Shown here: one piece after another, positions 9,984 through 19,428 of the stretch
Position numbering within the stretch: the first letter of the stretch is position 1
Layout of the letters: the number at the start of each line of letters is the position of its first letter
NCBI GenBank assembly: GCA_964596175.1
Contig: CAZQTH010000002.1
Coordinates: 2,342 to 66,341 of the forward strand
DNA from: an uncultured Clostridium sp.
Lineage (GTDB): Bacteria > Bacillota > Clostridia > TANB77 > CAG-508
DNA length: 64,000 bases
Direction of reading: 5' to 3'
Notes under the pieces: generated by a model
Told to the model about the DNA's origin: nothing
Databases searched by the model: none
Seen by the model: only the letters and a program-made list of their open reading frames with translations
Position numbers and translations under genes: made by a program

Positions 9984-10674
9984 AAATAATCTTGGAGATT
10001 TTGATAAAATGTTAACAATGTTAACACCAGGTGTGGGTAAGATTTCTTGTGTTGCTAAAGGAGCAAGAAGACCTAGTAGTAGCCTTTTAGCAGGTACGCA
10101 AATATTTTGCTTTGGTGAATATTTGATGTATAAAGGGACAACTACATATCATATAAATTCAGTAGAACCAATTGAAATATTTTACAATTTAAGAACTGAT
10201 TTAGATAAATTAAAATATGCAGTACACATAAATAAAATAGTTCAAGATGTAACACATGAAAATCAAAATTGTTATAATATCTTGCAATTGTTACTAAATA
10301 CACTTTATACAATTTCAGAAACAGATAAAGATTTAGATTTTGTTTTAAGTATATTTAAGTTACGACTTCTATGTATATTAGGTTTTTTACCTAATATAAA
10401 AGAATGTATAGAATGTAAAGAGAAAAAAAGTCTAGAATATTTTAGTATAAAAGAGGATGGATTTAAATGTAAAGTATGCGGAAAACAAGACACATCAGCA
10501 ATCAATATGAGTGAAAGTACAAAAAGTGCAATTACATATACAATAACAGCACCTGCTAAAAAATTATATTCTTTTAATATGAAAGACGAGGCACTAGAAG
10601 AGTTTAAGTTAATAACAAAAATATATTTTAACCAAAAGTTAGAAAAAGAGTATAAGTTAGAAGAATTATTCTGA
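9946..10674 (+). CDS. recO: DNA repair protein RecO
   Basis: OB-fold N-terminus 'GIILSENNLGDFDKMLTMLTPGVGKISCVAKGARR' and zinc motif 'CIECK...CKVC'. Confidence 0.9.
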   Translation: MANLKVNGIILSENNLGDFDKMLTMLTPGVGKISCVAKGARRPSSSLLAGTQIFCFGEYLMYKGTTTYHINSVEPIEIFYNLRTDLDKLKYAVHINKIVQDVTHENQNCYNILQLLLNTLYTISETDKDLDFVLSIFKLRLLCILGFLPNIKECIECKEKKSLEYFSIKEDGFKCKVCGKQDTSAINMSESTKSAITYTITAPAKKLYSFNMKDEALEEFKLITKIYFNQKLEKEYKLEELF

Positions 10675-10679
10675 AAAAC

Positions 10680-10708
10680 TTGAAAAAAATCGAAATAATA
10701 GATATAAT
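10680..10708 (+). promoter_or_regulatory. SigA-type promoter for hpf
   Basis: -35 TTGAAA (10680..10685), 17-nt spacer, -10 TATAAT (10703..10708). Confidence 0.5.
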
Positions 10709-10755
10709 AAAAATATACTTAGAAATTTAACAAAAAAGAGAAGGGAGAGATTTTT

Positions 10756-11283
10756 ATGAAAATAAAAATAACAGGAAAGGAACTAAAGATAACAGAAGCA
10801 ATAAACGATTATGTTGAAAAAAAATTGGACAGAATCGATAAATATTTCGAAGATGCAGAAGCTGAAGTTACTTTAAAAACAGAGAAAAATGAACAAATTG
10901 CTGAAATTTATGTAACAGCAAATGGAGAGAAATATAGAGCAGTAACAGAGGACAGGGATATGTATGCATCTATAGATAAAGATATAGATATTCTAGAAGG
11001 ACAAATTAGAAAAACAAAAACGAAAAAAGAAAAAATGATGAGAGAAGGATCTCTTAAAACAATGGAAATAGATGAAGTTAAACATGCAGAAGTAGAAGGA
11101 GAAATAATAAAAACTTCTTATTATGAAATTAAACCAATGCTTCCAGAAGATGCAGTATTAAAATTACAAGAAAAACCTACACACAATTTCCTAGTTTTTA
11201 TAAATGTAGAAACAGGAAAAGTAAATGTAGTACATAAATTAAAAGATGGTAAAAATTATGGCTTAGTAGAACCAGAAGAATAA
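10756..11283 (+). CDS. hpf: Ribosome hibernation promoting factor (long HPF)
   Basis: 'MKIKITGKELKITEAINDYVEKKLDRIDKYF' S30AE domain plus C-terminal dimerisation domain. Confidence 0.9.
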   Translation: MKIKITGKELKITEAINDYVEKKLDRIDKYFEDAEAEVTLKTEKNEQIAEIYVTANGEKYRAVTEDRDMYASIDKDIDILEGQIRKTKTKKEKMMREGSLKTMEIDEVKHAEVEGEIIKTSYYEIKPMLPEDAVLKLQEKPTHNFLVFINVETGKVNVVHKLKDGKNYGLVEPEE

Positions 11284-11292
11284 AAATTATTG

Positions 11293-11310
11293 GGCAGGAG
11301 AATTCCTGCC
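11293..11310 (+). terminator. Hairpin after hpf (weak T tract)
   Basis: GGCAGGA-GAAT-TCCTGCC followed by TTAGTT. Confidence 0.4.
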
Positions 11311-11384
11311 TTAGTTAATATAAACAATAATTATAAACAAAATAAAAATGAAGCAAAGACAGAAGTAAGAGAAGGAGATAAGAA

Positions 11385-11954
11385 ATGAAAGGAATGGATA
11401 AATTAAGAGAAGACATAGAAGAATACAAACCTTATAATGAGCAAGAAGAACAAGATAAAAAAGTTATGTTAGAATATATTGATACTTTTGATGATGTGCT
11501 AACTAGAAATAATAAATTTACCCATTTTACAGCTTCAAACTGGGTAGTCAACAAAGAAAGAACCAAAGTATTAATGATTTATCATAATATTTATAAATCA
11601 TGGACATGGACAGGAGGACATAGTGATGGGGATAGTAATTTACTTAATGTAGCAATAAAAGAAGTAAAAGAAGAGACTGGTATAAAAACTGTAAAACCAA
11701 TAACAGATGATATCTTCTCCTTAGAAATAATATGTGTAAATGGACATGTCAAAAAAGGAAAATATGTATCTTCACATGTACATTTAAATGTTACATATTT
11801 ATTAGAAGCAGATGAAAATGAAGATTTAAAAATAAAAGAAGATGAAAATAGTGGAGTTAAATGGGTAGATATAAATAAAGCAATGGAATTATCAAGTGAA
11901 GCCTGGATGAGAGAAAATGTTTATAAAAAATTAACAGAAAAGTTGAAAAAATAA
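11385..11954 (+). CDS. NUDIX hydrolase
   Basis: Nudix box 'GGHSDGDSNLLNVAIKEVKEETGI'. Confidence 0.8.
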   Translation: MKGMDKLREDIEEYKPYNEQEEQDKKVMLEYIDTFDDVLTRNNKFTHFTASNWVVNKERTKVLMIYHNIYKSWTWTGGHSDGDSNLLNVAIKEVKEETGIKTVKPITDDIFSLEIICVNGHVKKGKYVSSHVHLNVTYLLEADENEDLKIKEDENSGVKWVDINKAMELSSEAWMRENVYKKLTEKLKK

Positions 11955-11970
11955 TTAATAAAAATAAAAA

Positions 11971-11996
11971 AGGCAGGAAATCAAATCCTGCCTTTA
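11971..11996. terminator. Bidirectional hairpin terminator between the NUDIX gene (+) and the SASP gene (-)
   Basis: AGGCAGGA-AATCAAA-TCCTGCCT flanked by A-run and T-rich sequence. Confidence 0.6.
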
Positions 11997-12049
11997 TGTA
12001 TAATAAAAGCAAAACATAACTTCCTACCCAAGAATAGTTTAAATTAAAA

Positions 12050-12247
12050 TTATTTCATATTTCTTTCAGCTTCTTCTATCATCTTTTTAACCATTTGTCC
12101 ACCTATTTTACCAGCATCTCTAGCTGAAATGTCTCCATTATATCCGTCTTTTAAGTTAACACCAACTTCACTAGCTACTTCATATTTGAATTTATCTAAA
12201 GCAGTCATAGCTTCTGGTACTAATTTTTTGTTTGAAGAGTTTGCCAT
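12050..12247 (-). CDS. Alpha/beta-type small acid-soluble spore protein (65 aa)
   Basis: 'KLVPEAMTALDKFKYEVASEVGV' and 'ARDAGKIGGQMVKKMI' SASP signatures. Start chosen at the ATG preceded by AGGAGGTGAAAAAACA rather than the longer ORF 12050..12316. Confidence 0.9.
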   Translation of the reverse strand: MANSSNKKLVPEAMTALDKFKYEVASEVGVNLKDGYNGDISARDAGKIGGQMVKKMIEEAERNMK

Positions 12248-12411
12248 TGTTTTTTCACCTCCTGTAATATTACAACTAGAAAAAACCATTGCTTTTTCTA
12301 ATACTATCATTCTCAAAAAAATGAAAAAATAAACAGGAAATTTTTACAAAAAATGTTGCTTTTTAAAAATTTTATTTATATAATATTTTTTATTAAAAAA
12401 GGAGTAAAAGT

Positions 12412-13296
12412 ATGTATAAATTAGTTGCGATAGATTTAGATGGAACATTGTTAAATAGCTATGGAATGGTAACTGAAAGTGCTATAAATACAATAAAAAA
12501 AATAGAAGAACAAGGGGTAAAAGTAATAATAGCATCAGGAAGACCAATAGATTCAATAAAAGAAATTGCAAAAGAAATTGAAAGCGAAGATTATTTTATT
12601 GCAGGAAATGGTGCTATTATTTATGATGTGAAAAAAGATGAAATAATATACGAAAAAACAATGTCAAAAGAAAAAGTTTTAGAAATAATAAAGATTTGTG
12701 AAGAAAATAGTATTTCATATAATGTATATACAGAAAAAGAAATTTTAGCAACGAGTTTAAAGTATAATGTATTATATTATCATAAAGAAAACTTAAAAAA
12801 GGAAGAAAACAAAAAGACAAAGATAAATATTGTGAACAATATGTACGAATATATAAAAAATAAAGATGATGCAAGATTTCTAAAAATAACAATATGTGAT
12901 GAAAGTAAGACAGTATTTAATTCGATAATAAGAAAATTAAAAAATATAAAAGATATAGAAGTTTTAGAAGTATCACATATGGCAAGAAAAACAATTACTC
13001 AAGGAACAGAAGAGTATGAAATTTCTTATTATTATACAGAAATATCGAAAGATGACGTAGATAAATGGAATGCAATAGAATTCTTAATAGAAAAATTAGG
13101 AATAAAAAAAGAAGAAGTAATGACAATTGGAGATAATGTAAATGACAGAAAAATGATAGAAAAAGCAGGATTAGGAATAGCAATGAAACAAGGGGAACCA
13201 AGTGTTAAAGAAATTGCGGATGATATATCTGATGGAAACAATGAAGAAGGAGTTGCAAAAATATTACAAAAATATTACGAAAATATTAACTTTTGA
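12412..13296 (+). CDS. Cof-type HAD-IIB phosphatase
   Basis: 'LVAIDLDGTLLNS', 'IASGRP', 'TIGDNVNDRKMIEKAGLGIAM'. Confidence 0.85.
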   Translation: MYKLVAIDLDGTLLNSYGMVTESAINTIKKIEEQGVKVIIASGRPIDSIKEIAKEIESEDYFIAGNGAIIYDVKKDEIIYEKTMSKEKVLEIIKICEENSISYNVYTEKEILATSLKYNVLYYHKENLKKEENKKTKINIVNNMYEYIKNKDDARFLKITICDESKTVFNSIIRKLKNIKDIEVLEVSHMARKTITQGTEEYEISYYYTEISKDDVDKWNAIEFLIEKLGIKKEEVMTIGDNVNDRKMIEKAGLGIAMKQGEPSVKEIADDISDGNNEEGVAKILQKYYENINF

Positions 13297-13315
13297 TAAC
13301 AGTTATAAAATTCCA

Positions 13316-13344
13316 TTGATTTTAATTTATGTTTGCGTTAAAAT
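13316..13344 (+). promoter_or_regulatory. Candidate SigA-type promoter of the filament operon
   Basis: -35 TTGATT (13316..13321), 17-nt spacer, -10 TAAAAT (13339..13344), 61 nt upstream of the CpaB-like gene. Confidence 0.4.
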
Positions 13345-13405
13345 AAAATAGATGATTATTTTGTAGAAAATACAATAAAAATATATTTAAAGGGAGGAAT
13401 TTGTA

Positions 13406-14509
13406 ATGGCAACAAATCCAATGCAAAGAAAAGCAAGAAATTCATTTTTATTAGGAATGTTATTAATGTTGATAATAACAGGTATGATTATAGCATTTTT
13501 AGTAATGCAGTTAATGGACAAAATTCAAGAAGAAAGAGAAAATGCTGCGAATATGGTAAATGCTTATGTCCTAAATCAAGATGTAAAATCAGGACAAGTA
13601 ATTACAACAGATATGTTAACATTAACACAAGTAGATAGGACTTTAGTTCCAAGTAATGCTACTAGTGATTTAAGTGTAATAGAAAATTATGCATTACAAG
13701 ACAAAGAAGGAAATCAAATAACAACAACTTATAATGACGGAGAAGCAACAATGTATATAACAATTGATAATACTAGATATGAGGTAATAGAAGAAGAAAG
13801 TACAGACAGTTTTTATATTGAGAAAAACGGAGAAAAAGAATATCTAGAATTGGACAGTGTACCAATAGTTGCTAAAGTTGATATGAATGCTAATACGATA
13901 ATCACAACAGATTTAATAAGCAGGGGAGATAGTGTTGTACAAGATGATGTAAGAAGACAAGAATATAATGTTGTCGTGTTGCCAATGGATTTAACAACAG
14001 GAGATTATATAGATATAAGATTAATGCTACCAAATGGACAAGATTTTATAGTAGTATCTAAGAAAGAAGTAGAAATTCCACAAATAGACGGAGTAGATTC
14101 AGAAGATACAATTTGGGTTAACTTATCAGAAGACGAAATCTTACATATGAGTTGTGCAATAATAGATGCAGCAAGAATATCAGGAGCAAAGTTATATGCA
14201 ACTAAATATACAGAACCAGGAATGCAAAATGCAGCTACACCAACATATGTCGTAAATGCAGATACATCAGCATTATTACAAAGCGATCCAAATATACTAG
14301 AAAGTGCAATGCAAGACATAATAGATAGATACAATAGTGGAAATAGTGCAACAATAAGAAACGACTATATAAATAGTGTAATTAGCGAACAAGGAGATCA
14401 AGCACAAACAAACTTAGAAACAAATATGGAAGATAGTATAACAAGATCTCAAGAAGCAAGAGAAGAATATCTAAATTCATTAGCAACTACAACAACTACT
14501 ACACAATAA
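13406..14509 (+). CDS. CpaB/RcpC-like pilus assembly protein (N-terminal TM helix, SAF-like domain)
   Basis: One N-terminal TM helix. 'VNAYVLNQDVKSGQVITTDMLTLTQVDRTLVPSNA' is SAF-like. 'YIDIRLMLPNG...TIWVNLSEDEILHMSCAI...GAKLYATKY' resembles the CpaB C-terminal domain. Threonine-rich tail. Confidence 0.6.
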   Translation: MATNPMQRKARNSFLLGMLLMLIITGMIIAFLVMQLMDKIQEERENAANMVNAYVLNQDVKSGQVITTDMLTLTQVDRTLVPSNATSDLSVIENYALQDKEGNQITTTYNDGEATMYITIDNTRYEVIEEESTDSFYIEKNGEKEYLELDSVPIVAKVDMNANTIITTDLISRGDSVVQDDVRRQEYNVVVLPMDLTTGDYIDIRLMLPNGQDFIVVSKKEVEIPQIDGVDSEDTIWVNLSEDEILHMSCAIIDAARISGAKLYATKYTEPGMQNAATPTYVVNADTSALLQSDPNILESAMQDIIDRYNSGNSATIRNDYINSVISEQGDQAQTNLETNMEDSITRSQEAREEYLNSLATTTTTTQ

Positions 14510-14533
14510 GATTATAAAAAGGAGAGAAACTTT

Positions 14534-15232
14534 ATGAAAAGGATAGGGTTTATAGGGGGTTATGATAAAACTGATTTAATTATATATATAGCAAAAATAT
14601 TAACAGTACTAGGTAATAAGGTGTTAGTAATTGATGCAACAACAAGTCAGAAAGCAAAATATATTGTACCTGTTATAAACCCTACAATAAAGTATGTGAC
14701 AGAATATGAAGAAATGGACATAGCTGTAGGATTTACAAATGAAGAAGATATAAAAAAATATTTAGGACTTGCAAAAGAACAAGAAATGGAGTATGACATA
14801 ATTTTTGTTGATACTGACAATAGTGAAGGGTTTGAACAATTTAAGTTAGAAGAAGCTCAAAAAAATTATTTTGTAACTTCTTTTGATTTATATTCATTAA
14901 AAAAAGGATTAGAATCATTAGTTGGATTAAAAAATGCAATTAGTTTAACAAAAGTATTATTTTCAAAAGAAATGTTGAAAGAGGAAGATGATTACTTAAA
15001 TTACTTATCTTTAGGATATAAAATAATTTGGAATGATTATAGAGTGTATTTTCCTATAGAAAATGGTGATTTAAGTACTATATATGAAAATCAGAGGGTT
15101 GCTAAGATAAAATTCAAAAAATTAAGTGTACAATATAAAGACGGGTTAGCGTTCTTAGCAGAAGAAATACTAGGAGATGCAAATGAAAGCAAAGTTAGAA
15201 AAGCTATAAAAACAATAGAAAAAGGAGTGTAA
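14534..15232 (+). CDS. ParA/MinD-fold, TadZ/CpaE-like protein with degenerate Walker A
   Basis: 'RIGFIGGYDKTDLIIYIAKILTVLGNKVLVIDA' and 'YDIIFVDTD' follow the ParA-like layout, but the P-loop is degenerate. Confidence 0.5.
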   Translation: MKRIGFIGGYDKTDLIIYIAKILTVLGNKVLVIDATTSQKAKYIVPVINPTIKYVTEYEEMDIAVGFTNEEDIKKYLGLAKEQEMEYDIIFVDTDNSEGFEQFKLEEAQKNYFVTSFDLYSLKKGLESLVGLKNAISLTKVLFSKEMLKEEDDYLNYLSLGYKIIWNDYRVYFPIENGDLSTIYENQRVAKIKFKKLSVQYKDGLAFLAEEILGDANESKVRKAIKTIEKGV

Positions 15233-15234
15233 TA

Positions 15235-16071
15235 ATGTCAGTTGTAACATTTTGGAACAATGGAAAAGAAGAAACTGGAAAAACATTAGCTATAGCAGCT
15301 ATAGTTACACACATGGCGATTGAACACAATTATAAAATTTTAGTTATTTCAACAGGACACAAGGATGCAATTTTAGATCGTTGCTTTTGGGAAGAAAAAA
15401 AACCAAAGAAAAATCGTGGATTATTTGGACCAAACACTAATATTTCTATAGAAGATGGAATAGTGGGTTTGGAAACTATGATGCGAAGCAATAGAATTTC
15501 TTCAGAACAAATAACTAATTATACTAAGATTATATTTAAAGATAGATTAGAAATATTGTCAAGTTTTAAAGGTGAAAAACTAGAATATGAAGAATTAAAA
15601 ACAAATTATCCAGAAATTATTAATCTTGCTAATAATTATTATGACTTAGTTTTTGTGGATTTAAATGCAGAATTGGGAGAAGAAATAATAAACCAAATTC
15701 TAGAAATGTCTAATATAATTGTTGCAACTTTAAGCCAAAGATTATCAAGTATAAATAATTTTATGAAAGTTAGAGAACAAATACCAGTTTTAGCTTCTAA
15801 GAAAACAATGTTATTAATAGGAAGATATGACAGATTTTCTAAATATACGATAAAAAATATAACCAGATATATGAATGAAAAGAATAAAGTTTCAACAATA
15901 CCATATAATACATTGTTCTTCGAGGCGAGTGAAGAAGCAAAAGTACCAGATTTATTTTTAAGACTTAGAAAAGTAGATATAGATGATAGAAATAATTTCT
16001 TTTTAGAAGAAGTAAAAAGAACAACTGAAAATATTATGTATAGATTACAAGATTTAGCAATGAAAATGTAA
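15235..16071 (+). CDS. ParA/MinD-fold, TadZ/CpaE-like protein
   Basis: 'VTFWNNGKEETGKTLAIAAIVTHMA...KILVISTG' and 'YDLVFVDLN'. Starts 2 nt after the previous stop. Confidence 0.55.
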   Translation: MSVVTFWNNGKEETGKTLAIAAIVTHMAIEHNYKILVISTGHKDAILDRCFWEEKKPKKNRGLFGPNTNISIEDGIVGLETMMRSNRISSEQITNYTKIIFKDRLEILSSFKGEKLEYEELKTNYPEIINLANNYYDLVFVDLNAELGEEIINQILEMSNIIVATLSQRLSSINNFMKVREQIPVLASKKTMLLIGRYDRFSKYTIKNITRYMNEKNKVSTIPYNTLFFEASEEAKVPDLFLRLRKVDIDDRNNFFLEEVKRTTENIMYRLQDLAMKM

Positions 16072-16087
16072 GGAGGGTGGAAAAGAC

Positions 16088-18049
16088 ATGACAATAACAA
16101 ATATTATTTTAATATTGGTTGTTTTAGTTGTTGCTGGATATGCCGTTTTTTATCTAATAAAGAAGAAAAAAACAGCAGAAGTCGAAACAGAGATTAATAT
16201 AGATGACAAGACCTATACTATAGAAATGATGATAGAATTTGTAAAAAGAAGACTAGATGAAATTACAAAAATTAACTTATATGATATAGGGCTTTCAGAA
16301 GAGGAATTAAAAAGAAGAAAAAATAAAAAATACGAATTAAAAAAGGCATTGAAAGGTTGTACGTATGGAGATGTTAATGACAAAAGATACGTAAAAGAGC
16401 TAATTTATGATTTGTTAGAAAAAGAATATGGTGTAACTGAAACAAATATATCAAAAGCAATTCCTTTTGATATCCCATCTTTACTTACAGCACAAGATAA
16501 GTTTGATATTTTAATTTATGCATATAAAAAAGAATTTGCTTATGAGGCTCTAACAGAGTTAATTAAAAAATACGATCTAGCAGAATTAAAATATGTAGAG
16601 GGAGAAACGAAGCCTTCTTATGTTATAACAAGTGATGAAATAGAAGATATATTTGAAAAAGAAAATGTGGTATTATCATTTTCAGACAAATTAAGCATAG
16701 TAGTACAAAGGATTTATCAAAAGTATAAAGGATATAGTTCGATTGATGAAGTAAGAGATATGAATATAGATGGTGTTTCTGGTGGTGTATCAGGACTTCC
16801 AGAAAGTTTCTTAAGCCAAGTAGCACAAACAGATGGTGGAGATTATTTAAATCAAATTGCAGAACATAAAGTACCAAGAGCTTGTGATAGTATTTGGATA
16901 TTTTTCCAAGGTAAATCAATACGTTTAGCATTCTTGTCATTCGGAACAGAAGCTGAATTAAAAAGAGTTTGTCAAAATATTTATAAATATAACAACCCAG
17001 GACAATTATCAGACACAAATGGTTATAAAATCAATGAAATGAAAGATGGATCTCGTGTAGTTGTTGTAAGACCAAGTATGTCAGAAACATGGGCATTCTT
17101 TGTAAGAAAATTTGATGTTAAACGTTCAACATTAGAGCAATGGTTTAAAGGAGAACCAGGTAGTGATGATTCAATAGAATTATTAAAATATTTAGTAAAA
17201 GGAGCAAGAATCATATCAATCACTGGTGAGCAGGGTTGTGGTAAGACAACAATGCTTATGGGAATGATAGAAAATATATATGAAACGATGAATATCCGTG
17301 TTCAAGAAACAGCATTCGAGCTTCATTTAAGAAAGATTTATCCAACAAGAAACATTTTAACATTTAGAGAAACAGAAACAATTTCTGGACAGGAAGGATT
17401 GGACGTTCAAAAGAAGACTGACGGTTCTGTTAACATTATAGGTGAGGTTGCAACAGACCATGTTGCTGCTTGGATGATACAAGCTGCTCAAGTTGCATCT
17501 AAATTTACATTATTTACTCACCACGCAAAAACATTTCCAAATTTAGTTACAGCATTAAGAAACTCAATGCTTAGAATCGGACAGTTTAACAATGAAAAAA
17601 CAGCTGAAGAGCAGGTTATACAAGTATTAAACTTTGATATACACCTAACAAAGGACTTTAGAGGAAAAAGATATGTAGAAAGAATAACAGAATGTATACC
17701 AGTAGAAGAAAAAGACGAATATACATTTGACCATAGAAAAGAAAAAACATTAGAAGGAAAATTTGATAAATTTTTTGATAATGCAACACATTATTTTGAA
17801 AAAGTAACTGACAGAAAATTATATACTTATAGAAATATATTAGAATATGTAGATGGAGAATACATAATTACAAACCCAATAACACCAAATAACATAAACG
17901 AAATGAGAATGAATATGGATGAGACAGATTTAGAGGAATTTGATAAATTTATAGAAAAACATTGGGGAGTTAACGCAGGAAAAGAAGAGACAGTAGAAGT
18001 TTCAGCAACAACAAAAAGAAGAGGAAGAAAGAAAAAAACAGAAGTATAA
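16088..18049 (+). CDS. Divergent CpaF/TadA-type (T2SS-E/VirB11 superfamily) secretion ATPase with N-terminal TM anchor
   Basis: Walker A 'GEQGCGKTT'. 'NIIGEVATDHVAAWMIQAA' and 'FTHHAKT' correspond to the Walker B and His-box regions of CpaF. N-terminal 'ITNIILILVVLVVAGYAVFYLIKKKK' is a TM helix. Basic C-terminal tail. Confidence 0.75.
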   Translation: MTITNIILILVVLVVAGYAVFYLIKKKKTAEVETEINIDDKTYTIEMMIEFVKRRLDEITKINLYDIGLSEEELKRRKNKKYELKKALKGCTYGDVNDKRYVKELIYDLLEKEYGVTETNISKAIPFDIPSLLTAQDKFDILIYAYKKEFAYEALTELIKKYDLAELKYVEGETKPSYVITSDEIEDIFEKENVVLSFSDKLSIVVQRIYQKYKGYSSIDEVRDMNIDGVSGGVSGLPESFLSQVAQTDGGDYLNQIAEHKVPRACDSIWIFFQGKSIRLAFLSFGTEAELKRVCQNIYKYNNPGQLSDTNGYKINEMKDGSRVVVVRPSMSETWAFFVRKFDVKRSTLEQWFKGEPGSDDSIELLKYLVKGARIISITGEQGCGKTTMLMGMIENIYETMNIRVQETAFELHLRKIYPTRNILTFRETETISGQEGLDVQKKTDGSVNIIGEVATDHVAAWMIQAAQVASKFTLFTHHAKTFPNLVTALRNSMLRIGQFNNEKTAEEQVIQVLNFDIHLTKDFRGKRYVERITECIPVEEKDEYTFDHRKEKTLEGKFDKFFDNATHYFEKVTDRKLYTYRNILEYVDGEYIITNPITPNNINEMRMNMDETDLEEFDKFIEKHWGVNAGKEETVEVSATTKRRGRKKKTEV

Positions 18050-18084
18050 AGTACTAGAATAAAGAAGGAGGTGCTAAGCAAAAC

Positions 18085-19428
18085 GTGGACAATCAGACTA
18101 TTTATTATATAATGGGTGGGGCAGCAGGAGCCTTTGTGATAATTGCAATTATGTATTACATATTATCTAAGAAAATGCAAACCTCAGAATATAAGAGAAT
18201 TCAGAAATTACAAGAAGGAACTAAAGAAAAAAGATTTTCTACAGAGGTGTTGTTCCAAAGGTTATATCTTACATATATAAAAATACCTTTTATAAAAAGA
18301 TATGTATTAAAAATAAGAAGAAGATTAGAAATAATAAATATAGATGATGAGTATAATACAAGAAAAGAAACTGCAAAGATATTAACTAAAGCACTTGCTA
18401 TAGTAATACCTGTAATGGTTATAACAGTAATTATAGCTTCTAGTAACTATTTACTTATGTTTATACTATTAATATTTGAATTATTTATGATTGATACACT
18501 TATAGATGGTTCAGTAGATAAAATAGACAATAGAATCTTAACAGAACAGATAGATTTCTTTTCAGAGATAAGACATGCATATCATGAATATAACATGGTA
18601 GAGGAAGCAATATATCAAGTTTCACAAGATGATGAAAAAGATATTTCAAGGCAAGGAGAAAAAATATATGAAATATTAATTTCAGATGATCCTGAAACAG
18701 AACTAGAAAAGTATTATGATATAGCTCCAAATAGTTTCTTAAAAGAGTTTGCTGGTATATCATATTTGACAAAAGAATTTGGAGATAGAAAAATAGATGG
18801 AGCATCTCTTTATTTAAAAAATGTAAATAATATTGCAGAGGAGATGCAACTAGAAATATTAAAAAGGGATAAACTAAATTATGTATTTCAAAGTTTATCA
18901 ATTATATCAATAGCACCAATATTATTACTAGAACCTTTGAAAAGCTGGGCTGTTTCAAACTTCAGTTTTACAGCTAGTTGGTATCAAGGTAAATCAGGAA
19001 TGATAGTACAGATAATTATAATTCTTCTTACGTTTGTATCATATGTACTAGTAAGAAAATTAAAAGACAATGGTTCAACTGCTATGAATACTAAAAATAC
19101 AGAAAATCCATGGCAGGAAAAATTATACAAGAAAAAACCAATTAAAAAAATAGTAGATTTATTTATACCAAAAGAAGGAACAAAAGAATATAGAAAAGTA
19201 AAACAATTATTAAAAGATGCAGCATCATCACAGAAAATACAGTGGCTGTATATAAATAGAATTACACTTGCAATAGTTACTTTTATAGCATCAATTATAG
19301 TATTTACACAATTGCACGCTGTTGCAATAAATTATGTTTATACAGAGCCGACGACGGACTATGATTTAATACGGTGGACTATCAGAAAAAGAAGAAGCAC
19401 AAGCAATGGAACTGACAGAACAAGATAA
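18085..19428 (+). CDS. TadB-like platform membrane protein (first T2SS-F-like domain); ORF ends 18 codons after an in-frame CGG
   Basis: GTG start after an AAGGAGGTG SD. TM helices flank a helical cytoplasmic segment ('LTEQIDFFSEIRHAY...LKEFAGISYLTKEFGD...'), as in TadB/GspF domains. CGG at 19372..19374. Confidence 0.55.
   Translation: MDNQTIYYIMGGAAGAFVIIAIMYYILSKKMQTSEYKRIQKLQEGTKEKRFSTEVLFQRLYLTYIKIPFIKRYVLKIRRRLEIINIDDEYNTRKETAKILTKALAIVIPVMVITVIIASSNYLLMFILLIFELFMIDTLIDGSVDKIDNRILTEQIDFFSEIRHAYHEYNMVEEAIYQVSQDDEKDISRQGEKIYEILISDDPETELEKYYDIAPNSFLKEFAGISYLTKEFGDRKIDGASLYLKNVNNIAEEMQLEILKRDKLNYVFQSLSIISIAPILLLEPLKSWAVSNFSFTASWYQGKSGMIVQIIIILLTFVSYVLVRKLKDNGSTAMNTKNTENPWQEKLYKKKPIKKIVDLFIPKEGTKEYRKVKQLLKDAASSQKIQWLYINRITLAIVTFIASIIVFTQLHAVAINYVYTEPTTDYDLIRWTIRKRRSTSNGTDRTR

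Noticed and set aside
12248-12411. SigG/SigF promoter for the SASP gene
   Set aside because: The best candidate (-10 GATAGTA with -35 GTTTA) matches the consensus poorly. Not reported as a feature.
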